The notes under the pieces are model-generated. The model made no database searches, was not told the origin of the DNA, and saw only the letters and a program-made list of their open reading frames with translations. From a virus, in UHGV virus genome UHGV-0038496: a stretch of DNA of 64,000 bases, one strand, 5' to 3'. How positions within the stretch are numbered: position 1 is the first letter of the stretch; each line of letters begins with the position of its first letter. Both the position numbers and the translations under genes were made by a program. Positions 48,446 to 57,666 of the stretch are shown here, piece by piece.

Positions 48446-48784
48446 TTACTCGTTATCGTCGTTTTCTTCTGCTGCAATATTTGCCGCTACTGCTTTAATA
48501 AATTTTTTCGCGTCACCGTTGCGGCCCCACAGGTCAACGATTAAAAATCCTGCCTGCTTTATCTTATTCGTGTACTCCAGCAAGTTGTAAGCCGGGATCG
48601 GCGACGGCGTTACATATTGTTTCCCGTGTCGGTCCTGGTACTTGATAACATAATCAGCACCCGGATCAATATCCCACGGATTCACCCGAAAAGCCTGGCA
48701 CCTGGCGTAATAACTTTGATTTCTTACTTTGTTCCAGACTACCCCGATTGCAATAAATGTAAGTATGCACGTCACTAGATCCAT
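48446..48784 (-). CDS. membrane-anchored protein
   Basis: ATG at 48784 with AAGAGGAAAA RBS; N-terminal helix. Confidence 0.4.
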   Translation of the reverse strand: MDLVTCILTFIAIGVVWNKVRNQSYYARCQAFRVNPWDIDPGADYVIKYQDRHGKQYVTPSPIPAYNLLEYTNKIKQAGFLIVDLWGRNGDAKKFIKAVAANIAAEENDDNE

Positions 48785-48871
48785 AGATTTTTCCTCTTTG
48801 CTATTGTGTGGGCATAATGTCACCTCCTCCTGGTTGGATAGGGGGCCGGACTCCCGGCCCCGCCTGGTATG

Positions 48872-49120
48872 TTATCCTAACATTTTAAAATAGTTGACGT
48901 TCAAAATTTTTTCAATATCGTCAACCGCTTTGATATGCATGAAAGCAATCAATTTACCATCGATGCGGATAACCGGGCGGCCCAGGTGATAACCTTTAAT
49001 CATACGCGCTTTTACTTTTCCACCTGCTCCCCCTTCACGCCACCAAATGGCTTTTCCGTTGCTGTAATACCAATCAGCTTTTACCAGGTCCACCGCTGCA
49101 AAGTTAATTAATTTAGCCAT
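48872..49120 (-). CDS. hypothetical protein
   Basis: ORF in minus-strand array. Confidence 0.4.
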   Translation of the reverse strand: MAKLINFAAVDLVKADWYYSNGKAIWWREGGAGGKVKARMIKGYHLGRPVIRIDGKLIAFMHIKAVDDIEKILNVNYFKMLG

Positions 49121-49197
49121 TGCGTAACTCCTCTCTTATTGTGGTTACACTAAATTATCTTTATGGATGGCCCCGCCAGGGCCATCTAAAAGGCAAC

Positions 49198-49536
49198 TTA
49201 GTTACGTAACGCTTCCTCTACTTCCTGCAATTCTGCTTCAAGGTCGGCCAATTCGTCGCACAAATCACAATAGTTTGCGTCATCGCTTACGTCTACGCTG
49301 TCTACATAGTCATTCAATCCGCAACGATAAGCAATCGGATCCAATTCGCGTAAGATTCTAGACGGTAAAAATTCGCAACCGCCTACCACTACCGCACCGC
49401 CTTCGTCTAGTACTTCATTGTAGTCATCTTCATAATCAGCCGGATCGATTTCAAAATTCTCGATTTTATTGTTCAGTTGTTCGATAGCTGCAACCAGAGC
49501 GGCACGACGTGCAATCATTTCGACGTTAGCGTTCAT
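49198..49536 (-). CDS. hypothetical acidic protein
   Basis: Acidic, Cys-containing. Confidence 0.4.
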   Translation of the reverse strand: MNANVEMIARRAALVAAIEQLNNKIENFEIDPADYEDDYNEVLDEGGAVVVGGCEFLPSRILRELDPIAYRCGLNDYVDSVDVSDDANYCDLCDELADLEAELQEVEEALRN

Positions 49537-49634
49537 AATGTTTTCTCCTCTGTTGTTACTTATTACTGTGGTTAGTTTACTTTATTGATGGCCCCGTGTC
49601 AATACTTTTTGAGGCCATCTAAAAGCAAGCTATT

Positions 49635-49994
49635 TTATTTGTATGCTAGTTCCACATAAAACCGCGCCATCAGTTCAAACCATTCTTCAATGTAACGTTC
49701 TTTAGTATCTTCTTTAGTTTTTTCATCAATGATCCCGAACTCACGCAGGCGGTTTAAAATGTCATCGTTGCAAAAATCGATATCAACACCGCTAGGAAGA
49801 CCAGCCAGCCAGTCAGCCATAGCCTTCACACGATTGCCATTGAAGCGACGGATATAATAGCCGTCGAAATGCTCAGCTTCAAAGCGTGCTTTCAGTTCCT
49901 CAACGTCGTTGTCGTGTTCCATGTCATCAAAGTTCAAGCTATCAACTACATACTCACGAATTGCGTTAGCCATAGCCTTATTGATGCGTTTCAT
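49635..49994 (-). CDS. hypothetical protein
   Basis: ORF in minus-strand array. Confidence 0.4.
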   Translation of the reverse strand: MKRINKAMANAIREYVVDSLNFDDMEHDNDVEELKARFEAEHFDGYYIRRFNGNRVKAMADWLAGLPSGVDIDFCNDDILNRLREFGIIDEKTKEDTKERYIEEWFELMARFYVELAYK

Positions 49995-50261
49995 AATATT
50001 TTCCTCTTTGTGATTTACTAATTACTTCTTTCAGTTTTAAGTTTACTTATTTTTGCTACCGTGTCAACTAATTTTTTGAATTTATTTTACATCATTACAC
50101 GAAAGACCAACATAACCAGGTAGACCAGTACCATAATCATAACATCGCGGCGGATCTGATAGCGAGAATAATTTTTCATGATTGTTTCCCCTTCGTTGTG
50201 TGGATTTTTAGGTTACTTTATAGATGGCCCGGTGTCAATATCCAGGCCATCGAAAAACAAC

Positions 50262-50672
50262 CTATAAGCTCATATAGTCACGATGTGCAATCATCCATGC
50301 AGCGTCTTTGTTTTCACAATAGCCGACGTGGCGAGACTCCCCATCATAACGATAGATAACCTGGTAAACTGCTTCCCCTCTAAGGTCCAGGACGTGGCGC
50401 ACTTCGTAACGTTTGCAACGTTTAACTTGTGCGATACGTGCCCCGAAAATTAGTTTTACCAGTTCTTTCCAATGGCGACGGGCATCAGTTAAAGACACCA
50501 CACTAAACCATGCTTGCCGCTCGCCATCAGCATTAAAAGCGCGAACATGGTAGCAACCGTGGGCCTTAAACAGATCCACCATTTCACGATCCCGCCCCTC
50601 TACCATTTGAACATATCCGCAAGCTAAAGCGAACGCAGTTAAACCATTTGCATTACGGAAAGTAGTTTTCAT
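50262..50672 (-). CDS. hypothetical protein
   Basis: ORF in minus-strand array. Confidence 0.4.
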   Translation of the reverse strand: MKTTFRNANGLTAFALACGYVQMVEGRDREMVDLFKAHGCYHVRAFNADGERQAWFSVVSLTDARRHWKELVKLIFGARIAQVKRCKRYEVRHVLDLRGEAVYQVIYRYDGESRHVGYCENKDAAWMIAHRDYMSL

Positions 50673-50721
50673 GATCCTTTCTCCTGTGTTTTATTAATCT
50701 CGTTTACTGCTTTCATTGTTA

Positions 50722-50749
50722 AGTATACTTGTTTTTTATCGCCTGTCAA
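50722..50749 (-). promoter_or_regulatory. sigma70-like promoter on minus strand (TTGACA, 16 bp spacer, TATACT)
   Basis: rc TTGACA at 50744-50749 and rc TATACT at 50722-50727; drives gene starting at 50672. Confidence 0.5.
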
Positions 50750-50936
50750 CTCTATTTTTCATCTTTTTTAAAGAAATCGATCAGGCCTTTGATAACTGCC
50801 GCCAGGTGCAAGCCCAGCAAAAAGAAGGCATAGCCTACAATGATTGCCGCGATAATGTTCATAATGTTGCCTCCTGTTGTGTGAATAGTAACTTTATTCA
50901 TGGGGCCGTTGCTACAGCCCCAGGGTAAAGCGGCTA

Positions 50937-51182
50937 TTAGTGCGGCATTCCTACCATAGCGGCGCGGATGTTAGTTTTATTGTAAGGCACTCCATCAGGC
51001 GTATGAGTGATCCCCTCTTCTTTCAAGCGGTAAACCATTAAATCAGCTGCCGCGTCTTTATTGCCACACTCATTAATCAGGCCCATCGCTAAAAACCATA
51101 AACCTTCGTCATTGTTGATCCAAAGTGCGACGTTCCATTGATTGTAATTTTTCCAACCGTTATAACCTTTATTGCCTTTCAT
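50937..51182 (-). CDS. hypothetical protein
   Basis: ORF in minus-strand array. Confidence 0.4.
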   Translation of the reverse strand: MKGNKGYNGWKNYNQWNVALWINNDEGLWFLAMGLINECGNKDAAADLMVYRLKEEGITHTPDGVPYNKTNIRAAMVGMPH

Positions 51183-51262
51183 AATTTTATCCTCTTTAGT
51201 TTTTGCCTCTGGGGAAATTTCTTTCCCTTTCGGTTTATATACTACATCTTTATTCTACCGTG

Positions 51263-51496
51263 TCAACATTTTTTAAAGAATTTTTCTACCGTGATATCTT
51301 TCCCAGCAGGTTTAGCCACTTTCAGAATTTTATCATGCACCGGGCGCCCGAAAGAATAAGCGCCATACACAGTAAGCCAATAATCCCCGTTAGGCTGTAC
51401 TATTACCGCTGCATATGGTACGCCTTTCTCGTTATCGTTGACAAAATAGATCACATTGCCATTAATAGCCTCAGCGCGTTTAATTTGTTCCTTCAT
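51263..51496 (-). CDS. hypothetical protein
   Basis: ORF in minus-strand array. Confidence 0.4.
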   Translation of the reverse strand: MKEQIKRAEAINGNVIYFVNDNEKGVPYAAVIVQPNGDYWLTVYGAYSFGRPVHDKILKVAKPAGKDITVEKFFKKC

Positions 51497-51582
51497 GATT
51501 GTACCTCTCTTTTTGACTGTTGTTTGCCTTTCACTTATAGAATAACAGAACGTTCGGGCGTGTCAACTATTTTTTCTCCAGG

Positions 51583-51768
51583 TCATTGATCGCGGTCGCC
51601 AGTATTGTAAACCTCACCGCCGATCTTGTGTTCAACGTAACGATATAACATGCAATACAACCATTTTAAAACTTTTGCTATAATAGCCACCGCCATAATA
51701 ATAGCCTCTTTAAACCAGTATATTACTATCAAGACGGCGGCAATGTTGACTAAAGTATCATTGCTCAT
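51583..51768 (-). CDS. small membrane protein
   Basis: Two hydrophobic helices. Confidence 0.4.
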   Translation of the reverse strand: MSNDTLVNIAAVLIVIYWFKEAIIMAVAIIAKVLKWLYCMLYRYVEHKIGGEVYNTGDRDQ

Positions 51769-51838
51769 AACCGGATCCCCTCTTCGTTGTTTAAACTGCC
51801 TTTATTGATGGCCCCGCCAGGGCCATCTAAAAGGCAGC

Positions 51839-52240
51839 TTAAGCGTGTGCCTCAATCACTTTAGCTTTTTCATAACCGAAGTAGTGAGCAAGCTGAATTA
51901 AGAATTTTTCAGGATAAACATAATCACCAGCTTTTACACCCATTGCCTCGATTGCTTCCCGTAATGCGGCCTCTTCTTTATCGTAACCATAGCCACCAGC
52001 TTTCCCGCCAACAGTAGCATAAAATTCGTGCCCTGCTTCATGTACCCAAACTACACAGTAAACAGTGTTACCGCGCGGCGCCTGGTAGAAACGAATCGTT
52101 GCTACTTCTTCCAGGTCCATTTTGTGGTCCAGTGCCACCAGGTCAAAAGACTTATAAAAACCATTTTCGCGGCGGCAGTTACGAAGATCGCGAACTTCTT
52201 CCAGACCAGAGAAATCGAAATTTGTGTTAAAAGCGTTCAT
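51839..52240 (-). CDS. hypothetical protein with HExxH motif
   Basis: VWVHEAGHEFYA contains HEAGH. Confidence 0.4.
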   Translation of the reverse strand: MNAFNTNFDFSGLEEVRDLRNCRRENGFYKSFDLVALDHKMDLEEVATIRFYQAPRGNTVYCVVWVHEAGHEFYATVGGKAGGYGYDKEEAALREAIEAMGVKAGDYVYPEKFLIQLAHYFGYEKAKVIEAHA

Positions 52241-52289
52241 GATGTTACTCCTTATATTTTGTTAACCTTATGTACTGCTTTCACTATCT

Positions 52290-52318
52290 ATAATACTTTA
52301 TTTCTTTCTGGTGTCAAC
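52290..52318 (-). promoter_or_regulatory. sigma70-like promoter on minus strand (TTGACA, 17 bp spacer, TATTAT)
   Basis: rc TTGACA at 52313-52318 and rc TATTAT at 52290-52295; drives gene starting at 52240. Confidence 0.55.
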
Positions 52319-52323
52319 TCTTT

Positions 52324-52518
52324 TTAAAATTTTTTATCTTTAAACCAGTGTTTGATCTGGCCAGGTGTTAACGCACAACGGTTAAGATACTGGATTGTAT
52401 AGCTATTCCCCCGTTTAAACTTGTAAAGACCTTGCCCGTTGTTGATTGTTACGTCTACCTTTGCCGTTACCTGGTCGGCAACTGTCCGGCGGCGGCCTGG
52501 AAGGTTGTAAGCTAACAT
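52324..52518 (-). CDS. hypothetical protein
   Basis: ATG at 52518 with AGGAGAGG RBS. Confidence 0.4.
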   Translation of the reverse strand: MLAYNLPGRRRTVADQVTAKVDVTINNGQGLYKFKRGNSYTIQYLNRCALTPGQIKHWFKDKKF

Positions 52519-52537
52519 TTTTTGTCCTCTCCTGTGG

Positions 52538-52711
52538 TCATTTGTGGTTAAATTCACCAGCGGCGGCACCTGCTGCCATTACCATCATTTTTTCATAATC
52601 CAACCAGTTGATAAGCGCGTCACGCATTGCTTTACGGCGTTTATCGTCAACTTCACGACCATTAACGATAATTTCTCTTTCTTTTACGTTGTTGTTAACC
52701 ATGCCTTTCAT
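52538..52711 (-). CDS. small hypothetical protein (57 aa)
   Basis: Below ORF-track cutoff; ATG with AGGAGGA RBS. Confidence 0.4.
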   Translation of the reverse strand: MKGMVNNNVKEREIIVNGREVDDKRRKAMRDALINWLDYEKMMVMAAGAAAGEFNHK

Positions 52712-52719
52712 TTTATTTT

Positions 52720-53860
52720 CCTCCTACCTTGCGGCCTGATGTTTTGCTTTCCGTTTCCCCTTTGTTTCCCTTCACCTATAGAATACACCAGGCCATAGCC
52801 TGATCAATAGCTATATGGTAAAAGGTTGACATAGATCACACTACCAACCAGGTTGCAAGCCGGACTCCCCACCGGACCAGGGGAGGCGGCCCAGTGTACC
52901 AGGGCGCGGCCTGTTGGCCCCGCCAGGTTGCAGACTATCGGGGGATCGGTCGTGTGAATGTTGTAACTAATATTTTTCGAAAAAAGCTGTTGACATGGGG
53001 GCCGGATCTGTTATTATATAATCAAGCCGGGGCACCAGGGGCCGGGAGACAAACACCGGGGATGCGCGAAATATATTTTGAGAATGATTATCATTTAAAA
53101 AAATAGTTACTTACGGTGATTGATAGTAACCTAAGCAAATCGAGGTAATAACGCACGGTTAGTAATAGTTTTCTATAGAAATAGTAACTGACCGTGATTT
53201 ATAGTTGCGTGGTGTAATTAAAATAGTAACGCACGGTGATTTATAGTCACAAAGATTTGTAGTAACGGTGATAATCACTCATGAAACTATCTAAAATTTA
53301 GTTAGCAGGCTAATTACGTACCGTGACTATCCACCAAAAATGGTAGGGGGTAAATTTTTTCTATATAGAAATTCAAAATCCACTTTCAAAAATAAAAAAG
53401 TGCTTTCGTGCCTCAGGCGCAGGCCTAGCCAGAACCAGACCGAGATCCAGAATCCAAAATCGAAAATAAAAAACCTATCGAGAACCGAGGAAAAAGGCTG
53501 TCGAGATTTTCAGAATCCGCTTTCGATTTTGAAAAACAGATCGAGTACTTAGGGAAATTGCTGGGAAAGTCTCAGGATAAGTTGACAGGTCAATAGAGTA
53601 CTGTGTGGAAATGTGGGAAAAGATGTGGGGGAATATGTGCAATGCATATGCAAATACATGCATACATAATAGCAATAGGCTAAAATCTATTTGGCTAGTT
53701 TTCTAAAGTGTTGCTTATGCTTCTAAAAAATCCATTTTCGTACTCTCCTAATTGCCTAAGTTTTTTATAATTCCCAAATATCTGTAAGTATCTGATAAAT
53801 AAGGAGAAATCCACTACAGATTTCTCCTTGTAACCTAAAACTTTTATAATTCTCAAATCA
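52720..53860. repeat. second ORF-free repeat region with iteron-like ATAGTAAC...CGGTGAT repeats and 35-bp imperfect direct repeats
   Basis: At least four ATAGTAAC(N)ACGGTGAT(T)TATAGT copies in 53100-53290; three imperfect repeats in 53360-53545; palindromes 53600-53680. Confidence 0.55.
52992..53020 (+). promoter_or_regulatory. strong sigma70-like promoter on plus strand, opposite to flanking genes
   Basis: A-rich upstream tract, TTGACA, 16-17 bp spacer, TATTAT/TATAAT; no downstream plus-strand ORF; coordinates approximate. Confidence 0.5.
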
Positions 53861-54184
53861 CTTTTTCTTAAGCATCCGTTTTGGAGTTACCTCTGTCACC
53901 TCCCATCTGAATAATCCTACCCACCACCAACCATCAGCATGATAACTTTCAATGCAGCTCAAGCGTGCATGATCGAATGTGTAAGATAGTGCAATACTAT
54001 ACAAAGTGAACCAGTCTTTTACAGGTTGTGGGCCATATGCTCTATGCCAGCAATGACACAAGCTGAATGCTTCAAGGAAAGGCAGGAGTGCCATCTTGTA
54101 TCCTACCAGCGCCAGAGCAATAACCAAAGCACCTATAAACGTGATTCCTGCTACGTCTACACAGATTTCCCATACTTCATTCAT
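53858..54184 (-). CDS. membrane protein
   Basis: Hydrophobic helices. Confidence 0.4.
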   Translation of the reverse strand: MNEVWEICVDVAGITFIGALVIALALVGYKMALLPFLEAFSLCHCWHRAYGPQPVKDWFTLYSIALSYTFDHARLSCIESYHADGWWWVGLFRWEVTEVTPKRMLKKK

Positions 54185-54375
54185 TCTTTAGCACCTCTGT
54201 CAATGTACACTTTGCTTCTCATCCGCATGTACACTTGGTATCCATTCTCAAAAGTGAACAGGAGAACACGGTTACCTACAGACTCAATGCTTTTAACCTG
54301 TAGGATTTCGTGACGGCCTGGGATACGGATGCGATCCCCCGGTGCTACGATTGTGCAAGATTTAAGCTCGAACAT
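54181..54375 (-). CDS. hypothetical protein
   Basis: ORF in minus-strand array. Confidence 0.4.
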   Translation of the reverse strand: MFELKSCTIVAPGDRIRIPGRHEILQVKSIESVGNRVLLFTFENGYQVYMRMRSKVYIDRGAKE

Positions 54376-54387
54376 AGTACACTCTCC

Positions 54388-54729
54388 TTATTCCACCAGG
54401 AAACGGCGGCAGCAGAAGCAGAATAAATCGTCCCGTGCCATACCGATATCAGTGCTACCACAATGTGGGCAACGGCGTTTACCATCCTGAATCGGCACAT
54501 AGTCTGGGATAACCATGTATGCTACGATTGGTGGAAATTCAAAATAGAATTGACCATTGATCACGCCAACCTTGTGTGCATACTTGCCCTGACCAGCCAT
54601 AACAACTTCGCATACACCATATTCTTGCAGACCATTAATGTCTCGCATACAGACAAAGTATATACCGATTGGCATGTTCTCCACGCCATCAACATCTATC
54701 CATTGCATTGTTACTGTCTGATTCTTCAT
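54388..54729 (-). CDS. hypothetical protein with C-terminal zinc ribbon
   Basis: CPHCGS ... CFCC. Confidence 0.4.
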   Translation of the reverse strand: MKNQTVTMQWIDVDGVENMPIGIYFVCMRDINGLQEYGVCEVVMAGQGKYAHKVGVINGQFYFEFPPIVAYMVIPDYVPIQDGKRRCPHCGSTDIGMARDDLFCFCCRRFLVE

Positions 54730-54741
54730 TGATCTCTCCTG

Positions 54742-55086
54742 TTATTGTGGAAGCCAGAAAACAATCTCACCTTTCAGGCGAATGTTTTTACCAGTGATGA
54801 TATCGATTCCCCGCATACGTTCATTGTTCAGGCTAACAGGGTTTCTTTCCTCGAACCAGCAGCCCAGTTGATCAGCCCAGACGTAAGATTGTCCGAACTT
54901 ATCCCATGCCCTTTTCACCAAGCCATTCTTAGAGATGGCTACAATCACTGGTGTTGGGAACAGGATTCGTGCTGTCTCCCACATGTTGTGAGTATCGTAT
55001 GGATCTGAAACGTTGAAGATATCGCACAGTACCATAGCAATACTATTACGTTCTCGAAGATAGAGTGGATGTGTACGGTTTTTCAT
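54742..55086 (-). CDS. hypothetical protein
   Basis: ORF in minus-strand array. Confidence 0.4.
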   Translation of the reverse strand: MKNRTHPLYLRERNSIAMVLCDIFNVSDPYDTHNMWETARILFPTPVIVAISKNGLVKRAWDKFGQSYVWADQLGCWFEERNPVSLNNERMRGIDIITGKNIRLKGEIVFWLPQ

Positions 55087-55087
55087 A

Positions 55088-55300
55088 TCAGTCCTCGTTC
55101 ACCAGTAAGTAAATGTATTTGCCAGTTGAAGTACGTGCGAAGTGGTAACCCGGATAATCGCAGCTCTTGTGGAACCACCATGTTTCACCGTCACGGGCTT
55201 TCACCAACAAAGTAAACTCATTTGGCTCACCGATGACCTCGTACTCTTCGAAGAGTTCCCACTTGTCATGCTGTGTAGATACACATGTTGCAGTAGCCAT
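55088..55300 (-). CDS. hypothetical protein
   Basis: ATG at 55300 with GAGGTG RBS. Confidence 0.4.
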   Translation of the reverse strand: MATATCVSTQHDKWELFEEYEVIGEPNEFTLLVKARDGETWWFHKSCDYPGYHFARTSTGKYIYLLVNED

Positions 55301-55308
55301 GATGCACC

Positions 55309-55503
55309 TCACAGGTTGCATTCTACAGGAATAAACCAGCAACCAAGATCTGGCTCTCTTACACGAAATGCTTCGATGTGGTGAATGTCAATCTTGCTGA
55401 AGCTAGTACCTTTGAGGATATACAGGTTGCCGAGTACAGTTTCATAAATTGGGCCATACAAAGTGTTGTGGCATTTAATAGCCATAAGATGTACAGTTGC
55501 CAT
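55309..55503 (-). CDS. hypothetical protein
   Basis: ORF with AAGGAGAGAG RBS. Confidence 0.4.
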   Translation of the reverse strand: MATVHLMAIKCHNTLYGPIYETVLGNLYILKGTSFSKIDIHHIEAFRVREPDLGCWFIPVECNL

Positions 55504-55580
55504 AGCTCTCTCTCCTTCTTCTTAAGATGGGGAAAGTATAACACTCTCCCCTACAGTTGTCAATAGAAAATGAATGAAAA

Positions 55581-56012
55581 TTACTGCCGACGGCTTCTTA
55601 ACACTTCCCTTTCTCTTTCCACAATCTCGAAGAACTCTTCCCAGTCATTAGGGAAGTTAGTCTCACCGAAATGGGTTTCAAAGTAGATAGTCTCACCTGA
55701 AGGTAAGTGGATATCGCAAACGCAATAATCACCGCAGTCCTCGCATTCTCCTTCAGCGAACTCTACATCTTTAGGTTTGATGATACCTGCAACACCTAAC
55801 AGCATTTCTACTTCTTCGAAGTACATCTCCCCGTTTTCATCGAAGTAGACGTTATAATCGTAGCCGTCCCATTCAATAGAGTATTCTTTAAAACGTTCAC
55901 CGTTGAACACGTAGCTATCGATTTTACCAGTGACAAGGATACCTGCAATCATTACCTGAAAGCGAGAATCGTTGTCATATACAGGAATCAGTTTAGGTAC
56001 AGGGTAGATCAT
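55581..56012 (-). CDS. hypothetical acidic Cys-cluster protein
   Basis: CEDCGDYCVCD. Confidence 0.4.
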   Translation of the reverse strand: MIYPVPKLIPVYDNDSRFQVMIAGILVTGKIDSYVFNGERFKEYSIEWDGYDYNVYFDENGEMYFEEVEMLLGVAGIIKPKDVEFAEGECEDCGDYCVCDIHLPSGETIYFETHFGETNFPNDWEEFFEIVEREREVLRSRRQ

Positions 56013-56203
56013 TTTTCAGGCACCTCACGTCCTACATATTTTAAGAAACTGCACAAACCACCCAGCATAATAGCTGAATATGAAGCACGTACCCATGCAG
56101 GGAAGTCTGCATAATGTGCAGCGCTAATAGCTACAAAACCTACTGCCGCAAACATACCGATAAGAAGCAGGACAGTAAATAAGATTTTCTGTAACTCACT
56201 CAT
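56009..56203 (-). CDS. small membrane protein
   Basis: Two hydrophobic helices. Confidence 0.4.
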   Translation of the reverse strand: MSELQKILFTVLLLIGMFAAVGFVAISAAHYADFPAWVRASYSAIMLGGLCSFLKYVGREVPEK

Positions 56204-56214
56204 TGTACGTACTC

Positions 56215-56373
56215 CTAGTGAAAAATGATTCCAGCTTCATACATAGAGCTGATGATAATAAACAGCAGAATCAGCGTAATGAAGAACACTTTGTTAGCTG
56301 TTGACAGCTTCATAAGGCTGATAAGAAACACAACCAAAAGGCAAAGTGTTACAGCTATACCTAAGACTTCCAT
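56215..56373 (-). CDS. small membrane peptide (52 aa)
   Basis: Below ORF-track cutoff; GAGGAGG RBS. Confidence 0.4.
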   Translation of the reverse strand: MEVLGIAVTLCLLVVFLISLMKLSTANKVFFITLILLFIIISSMYEAGIIFH

Positions 56374-56394
56374 CGGAGAACCTCCTCGATCATT

Positions 56395-56613
56395 TTAACT
56401 CTGGTAGCAAAGTGCATCTTCCCAGTCTACAAAATCGTTGCAAGCTGCATCAAATGCACGTTCACCATGCACACCAGAGTAATAAACAGGGTCCTCTACA
56501 ATATTGGCAAAGCGACTGTGAATTTCAATAAGACGCAAGTCCGATGCCATTTGCTGAGGGTAATTCGTTGTGATCATATGACACATATGTGCTGCATGTT
56601 CTTGAATATTCAT
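56395..56613 (-). CDS. hypothetical protein
   Basis: ORF in minus-strand array. Confidence 0.4.
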   Translation of the reverse strand: MNIQEHAAHMCHMITTNYPQQMASDLRLIEIHSRFANIVEDPVYYSGVHGERAFDAACNDFVDWEDALCYQS

Positions 56614-56624
56614 TTTTCGTCCCC

Positions 56625-56852
56625 TCAGTAAGAATAATAACCTGGTATAGAATCGAAAGCTGGCTCGACTTCAAACAAACCTTGCGCTATACCATCTGCA
56701 ATGTAGAGTTCCTCTTCAAGTTCCTCTTCATTGTAGAGGCAAGCATTGTACTTGATATCAGTACAACCCTCCATCGGAGCAAGCAAATACCAGCCTGCCC
56801 ATTCAGCCCACGGACCCTGAACATCCGCTGCTACTCTAATACGATACAGCAT
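56625..56852 (-). CDS. hypothetical protein
   Basis: ORF in minus-strand array. Confidence 0.4.
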   Translation of the reverse strand: MLYRIRVAADVQGPWAEWAGWYLLAPMEGCTDIKYNACLYNEEELEEELYIADGIAQGLFEVEPAFDSIPGYYSY

Positions 56853-56944
56853 AGTGTGTGCTCCTTCTCTTTTGTATGGGATGTACTGTACCAGATTCCA
56901 CGCCTGTTGTCAATCAGTTTTTAACTGGTGTGGGGATCAAATAC

Positions 56945-57136
56945 TTACTTGTTGTTAAGGAGTTCCAAAACTTTCTGTTTTACTTCATCAAGGTTTGTTG
57001 ATTCAAAAACTGTGCGATATTCCCAACTTTGCCCATAGGAATAACTGCAATCCCCGTAACACCATTGCTCGACTTGATAGTATTCAAGGAATTGGTGCTG
57101 TCGGACTATGATACCATCTCGATTAAAAATTACCAT
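56945..57136 (-). CDS. hypothetical protein
   Basis: Small ORF. Confidence 0.35.
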   Translation of the reverse strand: MVIFNRDGIIVRQHQFLEYYQVEQWCYGDCSYSYGQSWEYRTVFESTNLDEVKQKVLELLNNK

Positions 57137-57192
57137 AATGCGTCACTCTCTGTTGGTTTATGTGCTGTATTATACACCATAGTTTCCTGGTG

Positions 57193-57654
57193 TCAACCCT
57201 TTTTGCAGTACTCCACTACGATCACTCTTATATCAGGAGTCGTGAGGTTGATGATATTCTCTACATGCTCCCACATAAGACCTCCTATACCGCACCCAAT
57301 CTTAGGGATGTAGAACGGTAACGACATACCTTCGAATACCTCATTGACTTGCTCAAAACCTTTCATGATTGAAGAGTAATCAGCATTAGGTCCCGGTCGG
57401 AATTGAGTATACATATTAATACCGTATACAATCCTGTTCTTGGCAAAATGCTCCCAACAAGAGAGTGTGCCCAGCTTGTCTGGATCACCATAAGCAGTCA
57501 TTTTGTCAGTTTCCAACGCTTGAGGAAACTCCCTGACAATTTGTCTTGCTATACCTGCACCCATTGTGTGGAAGCAGTTGCAACCGTGGATTAGATGACC
57601 AGCCCCGCTCTTAAAGATAGAGATTAAATCTCCATTTACAGTACCGATAATCAT
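57193..57654 (-). CDS. macro-domain-like protein (putative ADP-ribose binding/hydrolase)
   Basis: GDLISIFKSGAGHLIHGCNCFHTMGAGIARQI and IPKIGCGIGGL resemble macro-domain glycine-rich motifs. Confidence 0.5.
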   Translation of the reverse strand: MIIGTVNGDLISIFKSGAGHLIHGCNCFHTMGAGIARQIVREFPQALETDKMTAYGDPDKLGTLSCWEHFAKNRIVYGINMYTQFRPGPNADYSSIMKGFEQVNEVFEGMSLPFYIPKIGCGIGGLMWEHVENIINLTTPDIRVIVVEYCKKG

Positions 57655-57666
57655 AGTGCCCCTCTT

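Noticed and set aside
53360-53545. CRISPR-like array suggested by three roughly 35-bp direct repeats
   Set aside because: Repeats are imperfect, spacers are irregular in length and there are only three units; no cas genes nearby.
53340-53552. Plus-strand ORF of 70 aa within the second repeat region
   Set aside because: Encoded by direct repeats, low-complexity product, no ribosome-binding site.
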